From NCBI RefSeq assembly GCF_009914755.1, contig NC_060942.1: DNA of 64,000 nt. The stretch is one strand, 5' to 3'. Made by a program: the position numbers and the translations under genes. The first letter of the stretch is position 1; each line of letters opens with the position of its first letter. Positions 60,639 to 64,000 of the stretch are shown piece after piece. Under the pieces are notes generated by a model that was not told where the DNA came from, ran no database searches, and saw nothing but the letters and a program-made list of their open reading frames with translations. The DNA comes from the human T2T-CHM13v2.0 reference genome, Homo sapiens.

Positions 60639-61928
60639 TAAAGAGGACTTCAAACAGTTCATGGAAAATGGAATTAAAAGATAAAAATAAATATATCAAC
60701 TTTATTTTTCAACAGAAGCTCCATCTAGTTCAAGATACTTTTGTAAGTGATGATATCAGCAATTTAGTCCATTGTTAAAGAGCTGAATGTCTTGGGAATT
60801 TAAACATGTCAATGCAGTCTTTTTTTACGTGACTAACCGAAGAAAAGTGAGTGCATTTTAAAGATTTTTTTAAGATTAGAAAACAAAAAGAAGTCAGAAG
60901 GAGCCAAATCAAGACTGTATGGTAGCCTAGTGATTTTCCATCCAAACTTTCAAAAAATTATCCTTGTCTGATGAGATAAATAAGCAAGTGTTGTTGTGGG
61001 AGAGAAGGACTCTCTGGTGAAGTCTCTTGGGCATTTTTCTGCTAACGAATTGACTAGCTTTCTCCAAACACTCTCATAGTAAGCAGATCTTACCATTTTT
61101 TGGCCTTCCAGAAAGTCAACAAAAAAAATGCCTTGATCATCCCAAAAAACGATTGCTATGACATTTGCTCTTGACTGGTCCACTTTTGCTTTGACTGGGC
61201 CACTCCCGCCTCTTGGTAGCCATTGCTTTGATTGTGCCTTGTCTTCAGGATTGTACTGGTAAAGCCATGTTTCTTCTCCTGGTACAATTCTTTGAAGAAA
61301 GTCTTCAGGATCTTGATCTTACTTGTTTAAAATTTCCATTGAAAGCTCTGCTTTTATCTGCAGATGATGTGGGATCAACAGTTTTGGCATTCATCAAGTG
61401 GAAAGCTTGCTCAGCTTTAATTTTTCAGTCAGAATTGTGTAAGCTAAACCAGTTGAAATGTTTATAGTTTGGGCTATTAGTTCTGCTATTAATTGTCAGT
61501 CCTTTTCAATTTGGATATGAACAAGATTAATTTATCCTTGCAAATTGATGTGTATGGACTACTGCTTGTACTTTACCTTCAACCTCATCTTGTCCCTTCT
61601 TAAAATGAGTTATCCATTTATATGGTGGATTGCTTTGGGCCATTGTCCCCCTCAACTTTTCATAAAGCATGAATAATCTTACCATTCCTCTACTCAAGCT
61701 TCACCAAAAATTTGAAGTTTGTTCTTGCTTCAATTTTAGTAGAATTTATGTTGCTCTGATAGGAGTTATTTTAAACTGACAGTATCCTTCTTAGTGTCTC
61801 AAAGTAGACTCTGTTCAGATCTGTTATAACAAGTTAGTGTGAGTTCATTTTGGTGCAACAAGTTTTTGAAATCCATGCATAGTTTTTTCATAATATGCAT
61901 TTCCTATGAACGTTTTGAAGACTCCTTG
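60639..61928 (-). mobile_element. HSMAR2 mariner, near full length, with a dead transposase
   Basis: TIRs GAGGACTTCAAACAGTTCATGGAAAATG / CATTTCCTATGAACGTTTTGAAGACTCC; TA on both flanks; ORF 60950-61183 VFWDDQGIFFVDFLEG mariner motif. Confidence 0.9.
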
Positions 61929-62291
61929 TATGTGGTATGCAGCAGTAATTCATTCATTTCCATTTCTGAATGGTATTTCATTGTATAAATACACTGCACT
62001 TTATTTTACCCAATTCAAGTACTGTTCAGTATGTTGGATTTTCTAGTATTGGGATATTATAAGTAACATAACTTTGAACATTCTTGTACAAATCTTTTAC
62101 TTCCCATATAGGAGTGAGGCTGATGGATCATTGGAGATATATATGTACAATTTTAATAGATACTGCCAGTTTCCCAAAATGATTGGACTAATTTATACTC
62201 CTATTAGCAGTGTGGGAATTTCAGTTGTTCATCAATCATACTTAACACTTGTTTCTCTCAGTCTTTTAATTCGAGTCATTCTGGTTGGTAG

Positions 62292-62740
<449 letters not shown>

Positions 62741-63029
62741 TAGTTCTTAATGTTAAAAATTCATATTACATTATATTAATATGTTGCAGGCATAAGCCCT
62801 ATGGTTTCGGTCTCCTAATTTTTTATGTATAAAAGATTTTAATTTTAATTAAGTCTAACACATTGATCTTGTCTTTTAAGTTAGTGCTTCTTGTGTTTTC
62901 TATCCAAGGTTCTGAAAATATTTTCCTTTGCTTTCCTTTAGAAGCCTTTAAGTTTTACCTTTAACATTTGGATCCACATAGAATCTTTTCATTACTAGTG
63001 CAATGAAATAGTAGATAATAATAATAATA

Positions 63030-63165
63030 ATAATAGTGCTGCCATTTTTTTGTATGTGAGGCAGTTGACATTCTGGAATTTTAATTCTTAAAATAAGACT
63101 GCAATATAGGTATTATTATCTACATTTTAAAATAAGAAAATTGAAGCTCAGAGTAGTTAAGTATC
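63030..63165 (-). mobile_element. MIR fragment
   Basis: TATTATTATCTACATTTTAAAATAAGAAAATTGAAGCTCAGAG core. Confidence 0.6.
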
Positions 63166-64000
63166 TGTTGCTCCTTGTCTTCTTCCATAGATCACATATT
63201 TATCATTTCACCTTATTTCCTTAAAGGATTCCTGTTTGTGAGCTATGTTCAAGTAAGAGCCTTAAAATCTGTTTAGAACTCCTAAATTTAAAAACTCCAA
63301 TTCCATAAGAAAGAAATCAAGTGAGTAAAATAAAAATAAAAAGAAACATTTGGTGGAACATTGAAAGCAGTGCATCAATAAATATAACAATATAACAAGA
63401 TGAAAATAATGCGCTGAAAACTCAGAAAAGATGAAAATGAATAAAAAGGATTAGCAACAATAGAGGCTGACAAATGGAATCATTAATGTACTGCTTCAAT
63501 CTGCAAAGCATTGTTGAAAAGCAAGCAAGAAAGAGAAAGAGCAGTGAAAATTGTTGAAAATCAGGGACATAAATAATTCTGACTGTTATCACTTCATAGG
63601 TTAGATTTCTAAGTTCACACACACAAGGGGCTTCTTATTTCCTTGCTATTACTTTGTTTTCATTCAGGTAAGCTCTTACCCAGAGAGGGGAGATGGTTCT
63701 TCTTCTGGTATATCAGCTGTTGTCAACATGACAAAATGGAAAGGTTGTGTTTTATCCCACTGGTACAATCAGACTGTTGCTTTCTGTTAAATGATTTTTA
63801 AAGCAGACTTCTATTTAAATGGTACACATCAATGAAATAGATATCTCCAAATAAAAATATAAATATATAAAAACAGCATAATTTCATAACTCTCTTATTA
63901 ATTTTTAGCATGTGATTGCTCTGTTTCAAAGAGAAAAAAAGTAAAAGATATCATTCCTCCTAGGTTATCTGAAGAGAAACTCATGCTGATCTTTTTGAAT

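Noticed and set aside
63191-63252. 62-nt pseudo-exon (TTCCATAG| ... CAA|GTAAGA)
   Set aside because: Pyrimidine-rich body typical of intron sequence, with no other support.

Overview
Human genomic DNA: a CpG-rich AluYa5 with all its diagnostic positions is present. I can support no cellular protein-coding exon or structural RNA gene. The window is intergenic or deep-intronic and mostly interspersed repeats: about 21 Alus, several L1s, L2/MIR, hAT and mariner DNA transposons (MER53, MER58A, MER94, MER20, MADE1, a near-full-length HSMAR2) and many LTR elements. Most listed ORFs are Alu/L1 artefacts; a few are real ERVL gag/pol, L1 ORF1/ORF2 or mariner remnants. The notable structures are: (i) three independent HERV-H LTR7 solo LTRs of different subtypes within 2.1 kb (20.6-22.8 kb), each with its own 5-bp TSD, inside a 13-kb pile-up of ERV LTRs and followed by candidate + strand exons; (ii) an old inverted duplication of apparently unique DNA at 34.1-35.3 kb; (iii) a local copy of a HERV16 protease-region fragment joined to an L1MA scrap at 5.2-5.85 kb; (iv) an internally deleted L1PA whose 5'UTR-to-ORF2 junction creates the longest ORF in the window (189 aa). 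Family and subfamily names come from recalled consensus sequences, not a RepeatMasker/Dfam run, and boundaries of old elements are approximate.
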